The position numbers and the translations under genes are program-made. A stretch of 64,000 nucleotides of DNA from an uncultured Alphaproteobacteria bacterium (GTDB lineage Bacteria; Pseudomonadota; Alphaproteobacteria; Rhizobiales; Aestuariivirgaceae): positions 23,432-87,431 of the forward strand of contig CAVYOS010000032.1 in the NCBI GenBank assembly GCA_963770205.1, written 5' to 3'. The notes beneath the pieces were generated by a model, which had not been told where the DNA came from, did not search any database, and worked only from the letters and a program-made list of their open reading frames with translations. This document shows, piece by piece, positions 1-9,428 of this stretch. How positions within the stretch are numbered: position 1 is the first letter of the stretch; every line of letters starts with the position of its first letter.

Positions 1-1082
1 TCAAGGCCGGTGCGGCAACCCTCGCCATGCCTTATATCGCCGGTCGAGCCCATGCGGCCGGCGAGGTGAAGATTTACAATTGGGTCGATTATATCGGCGA
101 GACGACGATCGCGGATTTCGAGAAGGCGACGGGCCTCAAGGTCATCTACGACACCTATGATGCCGCGGAAACGGTCGAGGCCAAGGTGATGGCCGGCTCG
201 ACCGGCTATGACGTGATCGATATTGCGAGCACCAACCTGCCGCGGTTCATACCAGTCGGCGCCTTCATGAAGCTCGACAAGTCGAAACTGCCCAACTGGA
301 AAAATCTCGACGAGACGATCCTCAAGGTCCTGGCGGACCGCGATCCGGGCAATGAGCACACGATCCCCTATATGTGGGGCACCACCGGCATCACGGTGAA
401 CCTCGACATGGTCAAGGAAGCGCTTGGCGAGGCCGCTCCAATCGACAGCATGGAGCTGCTGCTGGATCCGAAATACATGGAGAAGCTCGGTGCCTGCGGC
501 GTGAACATCCTCGAATCCCCAGGCGATGTCATCCCCATGGTGCTCGCCTATCTCGGTAAAAATCCCAACAGCGAAGACCAGGCGGATTACGACGCCGTCG
601 TCGAAGCGTTCAAGCCCGTGCGCCAATATGTGAAGACCTTCGATGCCGCCAATTACCTGAACGCGCTGCCCAACAAGGAGCTCTGCGTTTCCATGACCTG
701 GTCGGGCGACTATGCAACAGCCACGGCGCGCGCCCAGGAAGCCGGAGTGAAGCTCAACCTGGCATATAACGTGCCGAAATCCGGCAGCCCGGCCTGGTTC
801 GACGTTTTTGCCGTCCCTGCCGATGCACCCAACCCCGAGGGCGCCCATCTCTTCCTGAACTATATGATGGAGCCCGAGGTCATCGCCAAATGCACCAATT
901 TCACCAATTATGCCCATGCCAACAAGGCCGGCCTTGCCTTTACCAATAAGGCGGTTCTGGAGGACCCGGCCGTCTTCCCGAGCGATGATATCAAGAAGCT
1001 GCTGTTCGTCGCTGAAACCCTGTCGCAGAAGGGCGAGCGCATACGCACGCGCGCTTGGAACAAGATCAAGACCGGCGCGTGA
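1..1082 (+). CDS. potF: Putrescine/spermidine ABC transporter periplasmic substrate-binding protein (PotF/PotD family); 5' end lies outside the window
   Basis: The frame of ORF 27..1082 stays open back to position 3, and KAGAATLAMPYIAGRAHA looks like the tail of a signal peptide. EVKIYNWVDYIGE and PYMWGTTGI are PotF/PotD-like. It is directly followed by potG, potH and potI. Confidence 0.85.
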   Translation, partial: KAGAATLAMPYIAGRAHAAGEVKIYNWVDYIGETTIADFEKATGLKVIYDTYDAAETVEAKVMAGSTGYDVIDIASTNLPRFIPVGAFMKLDKSKLPNWKNLDETILKVLADRDPGNEHTIPYMWGTTGITVNLDMVKEALGEAAPIDSMELLLDPKYMEKLGACGVNILESPGDVIPMVLAYLGKNPNSEDQADYDAVVEAFKPVRQYVKTFDAANYLNALPNKELCVSMTWSGDYATATARAQEAGVKLNLAYNVPKSGSPAWFDVFAVPADAPNPEGAHLFLNYMMEPEVIAKCTNFTNYAHANKAGLAFTNKAVLEDPAVFPSDDIKKLLFVAETLSQKGERIRTRAWNKIKTGA

Positions 1083-2249
1083 ATGCCGGCAGAACCGGCC
1101 CGGGCCGCTGCCGGGCCGGTTTCGACCGGGAGTCTGATCATGCAAAACCACGGCGAGCCGCCAATCATCGCGGTCGAGGGAATTACCAGGAAATTTGGCG
1201 ACTTCATCGCCGTCGACGATGTGTCGTTCAATGTCGAGCGCGGTGAACTCTTCGCGCTGCTCGGCGGTTCTGGTTGCGGCAAGACCACGCTGCTGCGCAT
1301 GCTTGCCGGTTTCGAAACGCCGAGCCAGGGGCGGATCTTCATCGACGGCCAGGACATGACCGGATTGCCGCCCTACGAGCGCCCCGTCAACATGATGTTT
1401 CAGTCCTATGCCCTCTTTCCGCACATGACGGTTGAAAAAAACATTGGCTATGGTCTGAAGCACGAAGACATGACGCCCGAAGGGCGCAAGGAGCGGGTGC
1501 GTGCGATGCTTGATCTCGTCCAGCTCACCCCCTTCGCCGGCCGTAAGCCGCACCAGCTCTCCGGCGGCCAGCGCCAGCGTGTCGCTTTGGCCCGCGCGCT
1601 GGCCAAACAGCCCAAGGTGCTGCTGCTCGACGAACCACTCGGCGCACTCGACAGGAAGCTGCGCGAACATACGCAATTCGAGATCATGAACATCCAGGCC
1701 AAGACCGGGATCACCTTCATCGTGGTGACCCATGATCAGGAGGAGGCCATGACGCTCGCCAGCCGCATCGCGGTGATGGACAGGGGCGTCATCCGCCAGA
1801 TCGGCACGCCGACCGAGGTTTATGAATATCCCAATTCCCGCTTCGTTGCGGATTTCATTGGTTCGATCAATCAATTCGAAGGCTCGGTGACAACTTGTTC
1901 CGGTGACGATGTTTCCATCGCCTGCGATAGCCTCGGCATCACCATCGAGGCTGCCCATGGCGGCGGGCTCAAGAGCGGCGATGCGGTTGCCGTGGCGCTG
2001 CGGCCGGAGAAGATCACCCTGAGCCGCGACCGGCCCGACGCGAGCCATAATGTCGTAAGCGGCAAGGTTCTCGACCTCGGTTATTTCGGCAAGGATTCGC
2101 TCTACCGCGTGGAGCTTCCGACCGGCACCATCCTCCGCGTCAACCACGTCAATGGCCGCCGCGGCCATGAGGCTGACCGGATCGCCCAGTGGGAAGACGA
2201 CGTTTGGCTGGCCTTCGACCGTTCATCGGCCATCGTTCTCAAGGATTAG
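1083..2249 (+). CDS. potG: Polyamine ABC transporter ATP-binding protein (PotG/PotA)
   Basis: Walker A GGSGCGKTT, signature LSGGQRQR and Walker B LLLDEP, with a PotA-type C-terminal regulatory domain. An alternative start at ATG 1140 (MQNHGE) has a GGGAG Shine-Dalgarno 8 nt upstream and may be the true start. Confidence 0.9.
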   Translation: MPAEPARAAAGPVSTGSLIMQNHGEPPIIAVEGITRKFGDFIAVDDVSFNVERGELFALLGGSGCGKTTLLRMLAGFETPSQGRIFIDGQDMTGLPPYERPVNMMFQSYALFPHMTVEKNIGYGLKHEDMTPEGRKERVRAMLDLVQLTPFAGRKPHQLSGGQRQRVALARALAKQPKVLLLDEPLGALDRKLREHTQFEIMNIQAKTGITFIVVTHDQEEAMTLASRIAVMDRGVIRQIGTPTEVYEYPNSRFVADFIGSINQFEGSVTTCSGDDVSIACDSLGITIEAAHGGGLKSGDAVAVALRPEKITLSRDRPDASHNVVSGKVLDLGYFGKDSLYRVELPTGTILRVNHVNGRRGHEADRIAQWEDDVWLAFDRSSAIVLKD

Positions 2250-2251
2250 AA

Positions 2252-3214
2252 ATGGCTTCCCTGACCGCGTCCGGCAAGGCAACGGCTGCAGCGGCAGGCC
2301 GAAGCCTTGGCCCGGCGCCGTCGAACCGCTCCCGCCTGCGGCGCTGGCTCGACCGCAAGGCCTGGCGCGATTTCATCATCGCCATTCCCTATTTCTGGCT
2401 TCTGTTGTTCTTCCTCGTCCCATTTTTTATCGTGCTCGTCATAAGCGGCGGCACCGCGGTGGTCGGCATACCTCCAATCGCCTGGACCGATGCCTTTCCC
2501 TATCTGACCTTGGATAATTACCGTTTCCTCATCGAGGACGATCTCTATTGGAAAGGCTATCTGAACTCTATTCGCATCGCCGCTGTCTCGACCATTCTCT
2601 GTCTCCTGCTCGGCTATCCGATGGCGCTTGCCATCGCCCGCACCAGCGGTGTCTGGCGGCATGTCATGCTGCTGATGATTATCTTGCCCTTTTGGACGTC
2701 TTTCCTGCTGCGTATCTATGCCTGGATGGGAATGCTCGGCAACCGCGGCGTCCTCAACAATTTCTTGTTGCTGCTCGGCATCATCGATGAGCCGATCCGC
2801 ATGATGAACACCGAATTCGCTGTCTTTGTCGGCATCATCTATTCCTACCTGCCCTTCATGGTCTTGCCGCTCTATGCCAATCTTGAAAAGCTTGATTTCA
2901 CCTTGAACGAAGCCGCGATGGATCTGGGTTCGCGGCCATGGCGGGTGTTCCTGGATGTGACCTTGCCGCTTTCGCTGCCGGGCATCGTCGCCGGCGCCAT
3001 GCTCGTTTTCATCCCGGCCACCGGAGAATATGTGATTCCGACTCTCCTTGGTTCAGCCGACAGTCCCATGATGGGCCGCGTTCTCGCCGATGAGTTTTTT
3101 CTCAACCGCGACTGGCCAGTCGCCGCTGCAGTTGCCGTGGCCCTTCTGCTATTGCTCGTCGTGCCGATCATGATTTATGCGCATCTCGAATCGCGCAACG
3201 CCGCAAGGCGCTGA
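2252..3214 (+). CDS. potH: Polyamine ABC transporter permease (PotH-like)
   Basis: Multi-TM permease with an EAA-type loop (NEAAMDLGSRPW). ATG 2252 lies 2 nt after the potG stop. The N-terminal extension of ORF 2189 overlaps potG and was not used. Confidence 0.88.
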   Translation: MASLTASGKATAAAAGRSLGPAPSNRSRLRRWLDRKAWRDFIIAIPYFWLLLFFLVPFFIVLVISGGTAVVGIPPIAWTDAFPYLTLDNYRFLIEDDLYWKGYLNSIRIAAVSTILCLLLGYPMALAIARTSGVWRHVMLLMIILPFWTSFLLRIYAWMGMLGNRGVLNNFLLLLGIIDEPIRMMNTEFAVFVGIIYSYLPFMVLPLYANLEKLDFTLNEAAMDLGSRPWRVFLDVTLPLSLPGIVAGAMLVFIPATGEYVIPTLLGSADSPMMGRVLADEFFLNRDWPVAAAVAVALLLLLVVPIMIYAHLESRNAARR

Positions 3215-3216
3215 CC

Positions 3217-4056
3217 ATGCGCAAGCGCTCCACCTTTCTCTTGGCGTGGCTCTGTTTCGGCTTCGCCTTTCTCTATGTTCCGCTCCTTTCACTCATTGTC
3301 TATTCATTCAATAAGTCCAGGCTCGTCACTTTGTGGGGCGGGTTCTCAACCGAGTGGTATTCCAAGCTCTTTGCCAACACCCAGATAATCGACGCGGCAT
3401 TGTTGAGCATCCGCATCGCCGCCCTCAGCGCCACCTTCGCCACTCTGCTTGGAACCATGGCGGGCCTGGCGCTGGCGCGATTCCTCCGGTTTCCCGGCCG
3501 CACTCTCTTCTCGGGGCTCGTCTCGGCTCCATTGGTCATGCCGGAAGTGATCACCGGCCTGTCCATGCTGTTCCTTTTCATCTGGATGGAGCAGCTGATC
3601 GGCTGGCCGCATGGCCGAGGCGCTACGACCGTTACGATGGCCCATATCACCTTCTCCATGTCCTATGTGGCCGTCATCGTGCAGTCGCGGCTCTCCTCAA
3701 TGGATGCCTCCCTCGAGGAAGCGGCGATGGACCTCGGCTCGAAGCCCCTGCGCGTGTTGTTCGACGTCACCCTGCCGATCATCTTTCCGGCCATGCTGTC
3801 CGGTTGGCTGCTCGCCTTCACCCTTTCCCTCGACGATCTGGTTATCACCGCTTTCACCACCGGCCCGGGCGCAAATACTTTGCCGCTCGTGGTGTGGTCC
3901 AAGGTCAAGCTTGGCGTAACCCCCGACATCAATGCGCTGGCAACGATCATCATTGCCATTGTGACGCTCTGTGTCGTTTTGGCCGGCGTGATCATGTACC
4001 GGGCCGATCAGCGCCGCGAGCGCGATATCCAGGCCGCCATCGCGGCAAATCGCTAG
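3217..4056 (+). CDS. potI: Polyamine ABC transporter permease (PotI-like)
   Basis: Six-TM permease with the EAA loop LEEAAMDLGSKP. It starts 2 nt after the potH stop. Confidence 0.88.
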   Translation: MRKRSTFLLAWLCFGFAFLYVPLLSLIVYSFNKSRLVTLWGGFSTEWYSKLFANTQIIDAALLSIRIAALSATFATLLGTMAGLALARFLRFPGRTLFSGLVSAPLVMPEVITGLSMLFLFIWMEQLIGWPHGRGATTVTMAHITFSMSYVAVIVQSRLSSMDASLEEAAMDLGSKPLRVLFDVTLPIIFPAMLSGWLLAFTLSLDDLVITAFTTGPGANTLPLVVWSKVKLGVTPDINALATIIIAIVTLCVVLAGVIMYRADQRRERDIQAAIAANR

Positions 4057-4158
4057 GTCAAATTTCTCTCGAACCCGGGCTTCCATCGGGCCTGTCATCG
4101 TCTATAAGAGCGTGTTCGCGGGGAGCGAGAAGTCTCCGCCGGCTGCATGGAGGTGGAA

Positions 4159-5166
4159 ATGGCTGTTCGCGTGGCAATCAATGGTTTCGGCCGCATCGGC
4201 AGAAACATTTTGCGCTCGGTCATCGAATCCGGCCGCAAGGACATCGAGGTTGTCGCAATCAACGATCTCGGCCCCGTCGAGACCAACGCGCATCTGCTGC
4301 GCTTCGATTCCGTCCATGGCCGCTTTCCATATGAGGTGAAGGTCGAAGGCGACAGCATCATCGTCAAGGACGCCCGCATCAAGGTTACCGCCATAAAGGA
4401 TCCGGCAACCCTTCCATGGAAGGAATTGGGTATCGACGTCGCGCTTGAATGCACCGGAATTTTCACCGCCAAGGACAAAGCTTCCGCCCATCTGTCCGCC
4501 GGCGCCAAACGTGTCCTGGTGTCGGCCCCTGCCGAAGGTGCCGACCTGACCGTCGTCTTCGGCGTCAATCACGACAAGCTCAGCCCCGAACATAAGGTGG
4601 TTTCGAACGCCTCCTGCACCACCAATTGCCTCGCTCCCGTCGCCAAGGTCATCAATGACTCCATCGGCATCGATAAGGGATTCATGACCACCGTGCATTC
4701 CTATACCGGCGATCAGCCGACCCTCGATACCCTGCACAAGGATCTCTACCGCGCCAGGGCCGCGGCACTGTCCATGATCCCGACCTCGACCGGCGCCGCC
4801 AAGGCCGTCGGTCTCGTTCTGCCTGAACTCGAGGGCAGGCTCGATGGTGTCGCCATTCGCGTGCCGACCCCCAATGTCTCGGTCATCGATTTCAAAATCG
4901 TGGTCAAGCGCACCACCACGCCCGAGGAGGTCAATGGCGCCATTGAACGGGCGGCTCGTCAGGAGCTGAAGGGTATCCTTGATTATACCCGTCAGCCCAA
5001 TGTCTCCGCGGATTTCAACCACGACCCGCACTCATCGAATTTCGCCATGGATCAGACCAAGGTCTTGGATGGCAATTTCGTCCGCGTTCTGTCCTGGTAC
5101 GATAATGAGTGGGGATTTTCCAACCGCATGTGCGATACTGCGGTTGCCATGGGCAAGCTCGTCTAG
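4159..5166 (+). CDS. gap: Type I glyceraldehyde-3-phosphate dehydrogenase
   Basis: [13 protein letters not shown]-binding motif, catalytic [12 protein letters not shown] and [14 protein letters not shown] 4159 follows a GGAGGTGG Shine-Dalgarno; ORF 4147 adds 4 unlikely codons. Confidence 0.95.
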   Translation: MAVRVAINGFGRIGRNILRSVIESGRKDIEVVAINDLGPVETNAHLLRFDSVHGRFPYEVKVEGDSIIVKDARIKVTAIKDPATLPWKELGIDVALECTGIFTAKDKASAHLSAGAKRVLVSAPAEGADLTVVFGVNHDKLSPEHKVVSNASCTTNCLAPVAKVINDSIGIDKGFMTTVHSYTGDQPTLDTLHKDLYRARAAALSMIPTSTGAAKAVGLVLPELEGRLDGVAIRVPTPNVSVIDFKIVVKRTTTPEEVNGAIERAARQELKGILDYTRQPNVSADFNHDPHSSNFAMDQTKVLDGNFVRVLSWYDNEWGFSNRMCDTAVAMGKLV

Positions 5167-5175
5167 AGCGGCGAC

Positions 5176-5853
5176 ATGACCGCAGTCCTCGTCGCGCCTT
5201 CCATTCTGTCGGCCGACATATCCAGGCTTGGCGATGAAGTGCGCGCGCTTGATCGTGAGGGCGCCGACTGGATTCACATCGATGTCATGGACGGCCATTT
5301 TGTGCCGAACATCACCTGGGGCCCAATGGTCGTTTCCGCGGTGCGGCCTCTGACTCGCAAACCGCTTGATGTGCATCTGATGATTTCGCCTGCCGAACCT
5401 TATCTTGAGGCCTTTGCCAGGGCAGGGGCGGACGGTATCACCATCCATGCCGAGGCCGGGCCCCACGCCGACCGTTCCCTCGAAGCGATCAGATCGCTGG
5501 GCAGAAAGGCGGGTATTGCCCTCAATCCCGCCACCCATGAAAGCGCCATTGCCCATTTGCTCCACCGGCTCGATCTCATCCTGGTGATGACGGTAAATCC
5601 GGGTTTTGGCGGGCAGGCCTTCATCCCTGCCATGGCGGCAAAAATTGCGCGTATCCGCGACATGATCGGCACGCGTCCGATCCGCCTGGAAGTGGACGGC
5701 GGCATAACGCCTTCGACCGCCGCCCTGGCAGTCAAAGCCGGTGCCGATGTTCTGGTGGCCGGTTCTGCGATTTTTTCCGACATCTCTCAGGGCTCCTATG
5801 GCGCAAGGATCCGCGCCCTGCGGGCGGCCGCCGTTCCTGCTGAATTGGCTTGA
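5176..5853 (+). CDS. rpe: Ribulose-phosphate 3-epimerase
   Basis: HIDVMDGHFVPN, VMTVNPGFGGQ and EVDGGI motifs; 225 aa. Confidence 0.93.
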   Translation: MTAVLVAPSILSADISRLGDEVRALDREGADWIHIDVMDGHFVPNITWGPMVVSAVRPLTRKPLDVHLMISPAEPYLEAFARAGADGITIHAEAGPHADRSLEAIRSLGRKAGIALNPATHESAIAHLLHRLDLILVMTVNPGFGGQAFIPAMAAKIARIRDMIGTRPIRLEVDGGITPSTAALAVKAGADVLVAGSAIFSDISQGSYGARIRALRAAAVPAELA

Positions 5854-5901
5854 GACTCAATAGAATTCCCTTCCGCCAGCTTGCGCTTCCGGGATGAAGG
5901 A

Positions 5902-5981
5902 GGGGTGGAGCGGCACCTCGCGGTGGCGCCAACGTTGGTGTTAGTAGAGATGGTGCGAGGGCGCTCCACCCCGGTGATTTT
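5902..5981 (+). terminator. Long imperfect hairpin followed by a TTTT run; candidate rpe terminator
   Basis: GGGGTGGAGCG (5902-5912) pairs with CGCTCCACCCC (5962-5972). An inner CCTCGC/GCGAGG pairing extends the stem. GGTGATTTTG follows, and the hairpin lies 48 nt downstream of the rpe stop. Confidence 0.4.
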
Positions 5982-6196
5982 GGGAGGTCACTTTCACGTC
6001 ACTCGCTTCGGGATGTTTCGAAGCCGCGCCGGCCTAGCACTCAACCCCTGGTCAACGGCAGCCAGTCCACGGCTTGCCTACAGGCACCGGCCCTTTCTCC
6101 ACACTCAAAAGGCGACATCCGGACAGCGCCTCCTTCACGGAGCAGGGTGAAGAATGACTACTCTATACTAGGAATGTTGTCAAGTAGTATTTTATT

Positions 6197-6296
6197 CCCT
6201 CTCCCCTCGTGGGAGAGGGTAGGGTGAGGGGGTACCCCTCATCCGGCTCGATGCCCAAAACGCATCTCGCCACCTTCTCCCACAAAGGGGAGAAGG
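6197..6296. repeat. REP-like cluster of three GC-rich palindromic hairpins
   Basis: Hairpin 1: CCCTCTCCC-ctcgt-GGGAGAGGG (6197-6219). Hairpin 2: TGAGGGG-gta-CCCCTCA (6225-6241). Hairpin 3: CCTTCTCCC-acaaag-GGGAGAAGG (6273-6296). This sequence style is typical of the intergenic palindromic repeats seen in many Rhizobiales genomes, and it sits between convergent genes. Confidence 0.6.
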
Positions 6297-6319
6297 AAAA
6301 CGGACGCCATTTAGCGGTT

Positions 6320-6874
6320 TCAGCTCAGCCTCCTGACCCAGGCCTCATAGGCTGTCAGCCATTTGCCGATCGTCTCCATCGTCTTCTGGTCGGTAAGCTT
6401 GCCGGTCTCGTCGAATTTTTGCGCAGAGCTGGCGACGAAAATCTCAGGGCGCGGCATGGTGATGGCTTCGAGAGCCTGCAGGTTCTGCCGCAGCTGATAT
6501 TGTGAGCGCGCCGTTCCTATGACGCCGCCCGAGGCCCCCATCACGCCGACTGCCTTGTTTTTGAATGGTTGCTGCTTCACCCGCGAAACCCAGTCGGTGA
6601 GATTTTTCAAGCCTCCGGGAATGGAGAAATTATATTCCGGCGTGGCGATCATCACCCCCTGTGCGGCGCGAATTTTCTCTACGATCGTGTTCACGATGGT
6701 GGGAATGCCGCTCGTCTTCTCGTCATCCCCGTCATAGAGCGGGATGCCTTTGGGCGTGATGATGTCGATGGCGAGACTTGCCGGCGCCCGTTCCTTCACT
6801 GCCCGCAGCAAAGCCGTGTTGTATGAGCCCGATCTCAGGCTGCCGCTGATCGCCAGTATAGTGAGTGTCGCCAA
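6320..6874 (-). CDS. NAD(P)H-dependent FMN reductase family oxidoreductase
   Basis: N-terminal ILAISGSLRSGSYNTALLRA and PEYNFSIPGGLKN are typical of the FMN_red family. It has a TTG start and is the last gene of the minus-strand operon. Confidence 0.8.
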   Translation of the reverse strand: MATLTILAISGSLRSGSYNTALLRAVKERAPASLAIDIITPKGIPLYDGDDEKTSGIPTIVNTIVEKIRAAQGVMIATPEYNFSIPGGLKNLTDWVSRVKQQPFKNKAVGVMGASGGVIGTARSQYQLRQNLQALEAITMPRPEIFVASSAQKFDETGKLTDQKTMETIGKWLTAYEAWVRRLS

Positions 6875-6887
6875 TGTAGATCTGCCG

Positions 6888-8554
6888 TTACCGCCCTGCG
6901 CTCTGGCCGCTGGGTGCGGCGGCGGCTCTCTTGGCCAGAAGATTGGAGAGCCAGTCCGGATCCATTTCCGGCACCGACGACAGGAGGAGCTCGGTATAGG
7001 CGGGATATGGCGGGCTCAGGACCTCGCTCTTGGCGCCCTGTTGCACGACGCGGCCCTGGTGCATGACCACGATCTCATCGGCGATTGCCCGCACCGTGGC
7101 GATGTCATGAGTGATGAAGAGATAGGTTACCCCGAGCTCGCGCTGCAGCCTGAGCAAGAGCTTCAGGATTTCCTCCTGAACGATCTGGTCGAGCGCCGAG
7201 GTCACCTCGTCGCAAATGATGAGGTCCGGTTCCGCCGCCAGCGCCCGGGCAATGCAGATGCGCTGTTTCTGCCCGCCCGACAGCTCGCCCGGCAGCCGGT
7301 CGATGTAGCGGTCATCCATTTCGATGAGCCGCAAAAGCTCGCCCACGCGGGCGTCGCGCTGCCTTCCCTTCAGTCCGAGGTAGAATTCGAGCGGCCGGCC
7401 GATGACGTCGCGCACCCGCTGCCGCGGATTGAGCGCAGTATCGGGACTCTGGTAGATCATCTGGATGCGCCGCAAGAGATCCTTGTCGCGCGCGGAAAGC
7501 GAGGCGGCAGCGGCTTGCCGTTGAAATAGATTTCTCCCTTCTGCGGCGGCAGCAGCCCGGTGATCGCCCGGGCGAGTGTCGATTTTCCCGATCCCGATTC
7601 ACCCACAACCGCGACGGTGCGCCCTCGCGGCACGCTTACCGTCACATTGTCCAGTACCTTGATAACGCCCTTGCCATAAGTTGCATCGACATTGTGGATG
7701 CGCAGGATCCGTTCGCCGCCCCGGTCTTCCGGCTTGACCAGCTTTCTCACCGCCCACAGCGATTTCGTATAATCCTCCTTCGGCGCCTTGAGCATGCTGC
7801 GTGTCGGCGCTTCCTCGACAAGCTTGCCGTACCGCAGAACCATGATCCGGTGCGCCATCTGGGCCACCACGGCCAAATCATGGGTGATGTAGATCGCCGC
7901 GGTGTTGAACTGCTCGACGATGTCGCGGATGGCTGCCAGCACCTCGACCTGCGTCGTGACGTCGAGCGCCGTTGTCGGTTCATCGAAGATGATGAGGTCG
8001 GGCCGGCACGCCATCGCCATTGCCGTCATCGCCCGCTGCAGCTGGCCGCCCGACACCTGATGTGGATAGCGGTGTCCGATGTGTTCGGGATCGGGCAGCC
8101 GCAGCCGGGCGTAGAGCGTGCGCGCATCGCTCTCGGCCTCTGCCTGTTGCCTTATCCCGTGGCCAACTGCCGTTTCGACCGTCTGATCGATGATGCGATG
8201 CGCCGGGTTGAACGCCGCGGCAGCGCTTTGCGCCACATAGGAAATTCGCGAGCCCCAGAGCTTCCGCTTCTCGGCGTCGCTGACCTTGGTCAGGTCGATA
8301 TTATCGAAACGGATGCTGCCCGCCCGGATGCGGCAGCCGGGCCGCGCGAAGCCCATGGCCGCGAGCCCGAGCGTCGACTTGCCGGCGCCCGATTCCCCGA
8401 TGATGCCCAGAACCTCGCCGCGGTTGAGGGTCAGGTCGACGCCCTTGACGATCTCGTGCCACTTGTCGTCGCTGTAGCCTTCGATGCGCAGCCCCTTGAT
8501 TTCGACCAGCGCCTTGCCTTTTTCGCGGACGGTAGCCTGGCGGTCACTTTTCAT
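6888..8554 (-). pseudogene. Fused double-ATPase of a peptide/opine-type ABC importer (DppD-DppF fusion-like), interrupted by a 1-nt frameshift near 7498-7503
   Basis: ORF 7457..8554 carries domain 1 (GESGAGKST, VSGGQLQR, IIFDEPTTALD) and the start of domain 2 (GESGSGKST). ORF 6888..7475 carries the rest of domain 2 (LSGGQKQR, LIICDEVTSALD). The other frame reads ...LSARDKDLLRRIQMIYQ across the junction. Confidence 0.85.
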
Positions 8555-9428
8555 CGCGTAGCCCGCTGGTCTTGTGCAGGAACCAGTCCACCACGAAATT
8601 CACCGCCACCGTAAGAAGCGCGATGGCACCCGCCGGAAGCAGCGGCGTGAACCTTCCGTAATTGATCAGTGTCGCATTCTCCCGCACCATCGACCCCCAA
8701 TCGGCGGTCGGCGGCTGAATGCCCAGGCCGAGGAACGACAGCGAGCTGATGGTCAGGAACACGAAGCAGAACCGCAAGCCGAATTCGGCGACGAGAGTCG
8801 GCAGGATATTGGGCAATATCTCCTTGAACATGATCCAGGAGGTGCTCTCGCCTCTCAGCCGCGCCGCCTCGACGTAATCCATCACCGCGACATTCATCGC
8901 GACCGCCCGCGAGATACGGTAGAAACGCGTCGAATCGAGCACTGCGATGATCAGAACGATGTTGGTCGCCGACGGCCCGACGATAGACAGCAGCATGAGC
9001 GCGAAAATCAGCTGCGGTATCGACATGAACACGTCGACGATGCGGCCGAGGACCTGGTCGAGCCAGCCGCGGAAGATCGCCGATAGAATGCCCATCGACC
9101 CGCCGAGCGCAAACGACAGGAGAACCGTGAGCAGCGCGATGCCGACCGTGTTGCGTGCTCCGTAGATGAGCCGGGTCAGCAGGTCGCGCCCGAGCTGGTC
9201 CGTCCCGAGCCAATGCTGGGCGGAGGAGGGAAGATAGGCATCGCCCAGAACCTGCGATTCTCCATAAGGAGCAATCAGCGGGGCAAACACCGCCAGCACG
9301 CCGTAGATCACGATGACGATCATTCCGAACCATGCGGTTCCGGGTGCCGACTTGAGTAGCCGCAGCGTGTTTTGCGCCACCGTCCGGCGTGCTGCAATCT
9401 GTCCGGTCTTGATTGATGCTTCGCTCAT
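8544..9428 (-). CDS. ABC transporter permease (DppC/OppC-like)
   Basis: Multi-TM binding-protein-dependent permease, 294 aa. It overlaps both neighbouring genes by a few nt. Confidence 0.85.
   Translation of the reverse strand: MSEASIKTGQIAARRTVAQNTLRLLKSAPGTAWFGMIVIVIYGVLAVFAPLIAPYGESQVLGDAYLPSSAQHWLGTDQLGRDLLTRLIYGARNTVGIALLTVLLSFALGGSMGILSAIFRGWLDQVLGRIVDVFMSIPQLIFALMLLSIVGPSATNIVLIIAVLDSTRFYRISRAVAMNVAVMDYVEAARLRGESTSWIMFKEILPNILPTLVAEFGLRFCFVFLTISSLSFLGLGIQPPTADWGSMVRENATLINYGRFTPLLPAGAIALLTVAVNFVVDWFLHKTSGLRDEK

Noticed and set aside
3333-4334. Long shadow ORFs in other frames of, or antisense to, confirmed genes. Examples: 3333..4334, 4102..5031, 6744..7529, 7694..8614, 8551..9459, 9413..10339, 10833..11930, 12054..13553, 15280..16395, 16627..17571, 22459..23808, 31815..33395, 33211..34221, 34667..35920, 36346..37545, 43294..44685, 50139..51212, 52971..54134, 54261..55685, 59624..61354, 59734..61254, 61808..62980
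   Set aside because: These are typical high-GC open frames, rich in Arg/Gly/Pro/Ala/His, with no motifs and full overlap with genes that have strong family signatures. I see no evidence for overlapping genes.
5975-5992. An AbcR-type sRNA signature: the minus-strand loop CCUCCCAAAA could be an anti-Shine-Dalgarno motif, and the site is near ABC transporter operons
   Set aside because: The stem is only 4 bp. There is no canonical terminator on the minus strand and no second motif copy. The resemblance is limited to a 6-nt motif that occurs by chance in GC-rich DNA.
5881-6150. The 89-aa plus-strand ORF in the rpe / FMN-reductase spacer as a gene
   Set aside because: It has a TTG start without a Shine-Dalgarno, no family resemblance, and it spans the terminator-like hairpin. 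The region is treated as non-coding or unknown instead (see findings).
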